Assembly (NCBI GenBank): GCA_034439715.1 | Contig: JAWXAY010000024.1 | Span: 1-27,500 of the forward strand | Source of the DNA: Pseudomonadota bacterium | GTDB taxonomy: Bacteria; Bdellovibrionota; Bdellovibrionia; Bdellovibrionales; SG-bin7 | Length of the DNA stretch: 27,500 bases | Direction of reading: 5' to 3' | Part shown: piece by piece, positions 27,280-27,500 of the stretch | Numbering within the stretch: the first letter of the stretch is position 1 | Layout of the letters: every line of letters begins with the position of its first letter | The notes under the pieces: model-generated | What the model saw: the letters and a program-made list of their open reading frames with translations, nothing else | What the model was told of the DNA's origin: nothing | Database searches by the model: none | Program-made: the position numbers and the translations under genes

Positions 27280-27500
27280 ATAGGCCTTATTACAATTATC
27301 GGGCCACTTAAAAGGCTATTCTAATCGATATAATCTAGCCAAACTGTCTAATTTTCAAACGAATGGACTCGTTTACAGCGTGTAAGCCTTAAAACACTTC
27401 AAAATAAATTGGGGACATCGGCGGGTATTTTTGAGTATCTCGCTGTACTGACTTGGATTTTAGTACTGGTATGGGCTTCGCAGTGGAGAAAAGAGAGACA

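Noticed and set aside
27409..27500. Possible plus-strand membrane protein start (MGTSAGIFEYLAVLTW...)
   Set aside because: TTG start without SD and truncated by the window edge.

Overview
Bacterial chromosomal window, most likely from a Bdellovibrionales-type predator (inferred from the S18/L28/KOW gene trio and many small Cys-rich secreted proteins). Three zones. (1) 1-4060: copper/metal cargo (CopA multicopper oxidase fused to a beta-barrel, a YHS/TRASH protein, a c-type heme protein, a 56-aa small protein) abutting the 3' end of tRNA-Pro(TGG), with integrase-arm-like repeats and an IHF-like site, i.e. a probable genomic-island edge. (2) 4287-21848: mostly core genes (frameshifted AlgE-like porin, rpsR/rpmB/rplX-like, Nit1, RlmL-like, M28 peptidase, cdd, metG, lpxD, infA, tex). 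This zone also holds the most striking locus: a near-consensus sigma-28 promoter upstream of a PhcB-like SAM methyltransferase followed by a 6-TM class III adenylate cyclase with a C-terminal zinc ribbon, a candidate quorum-sensing circuit with cAMP output. (3) 21880-27500: variable region of secreted orphan proteins with a decayed IS91-family transposase and an AraC pseudogene. Family assignments come from recognising motifs by eye; no database searches were run.
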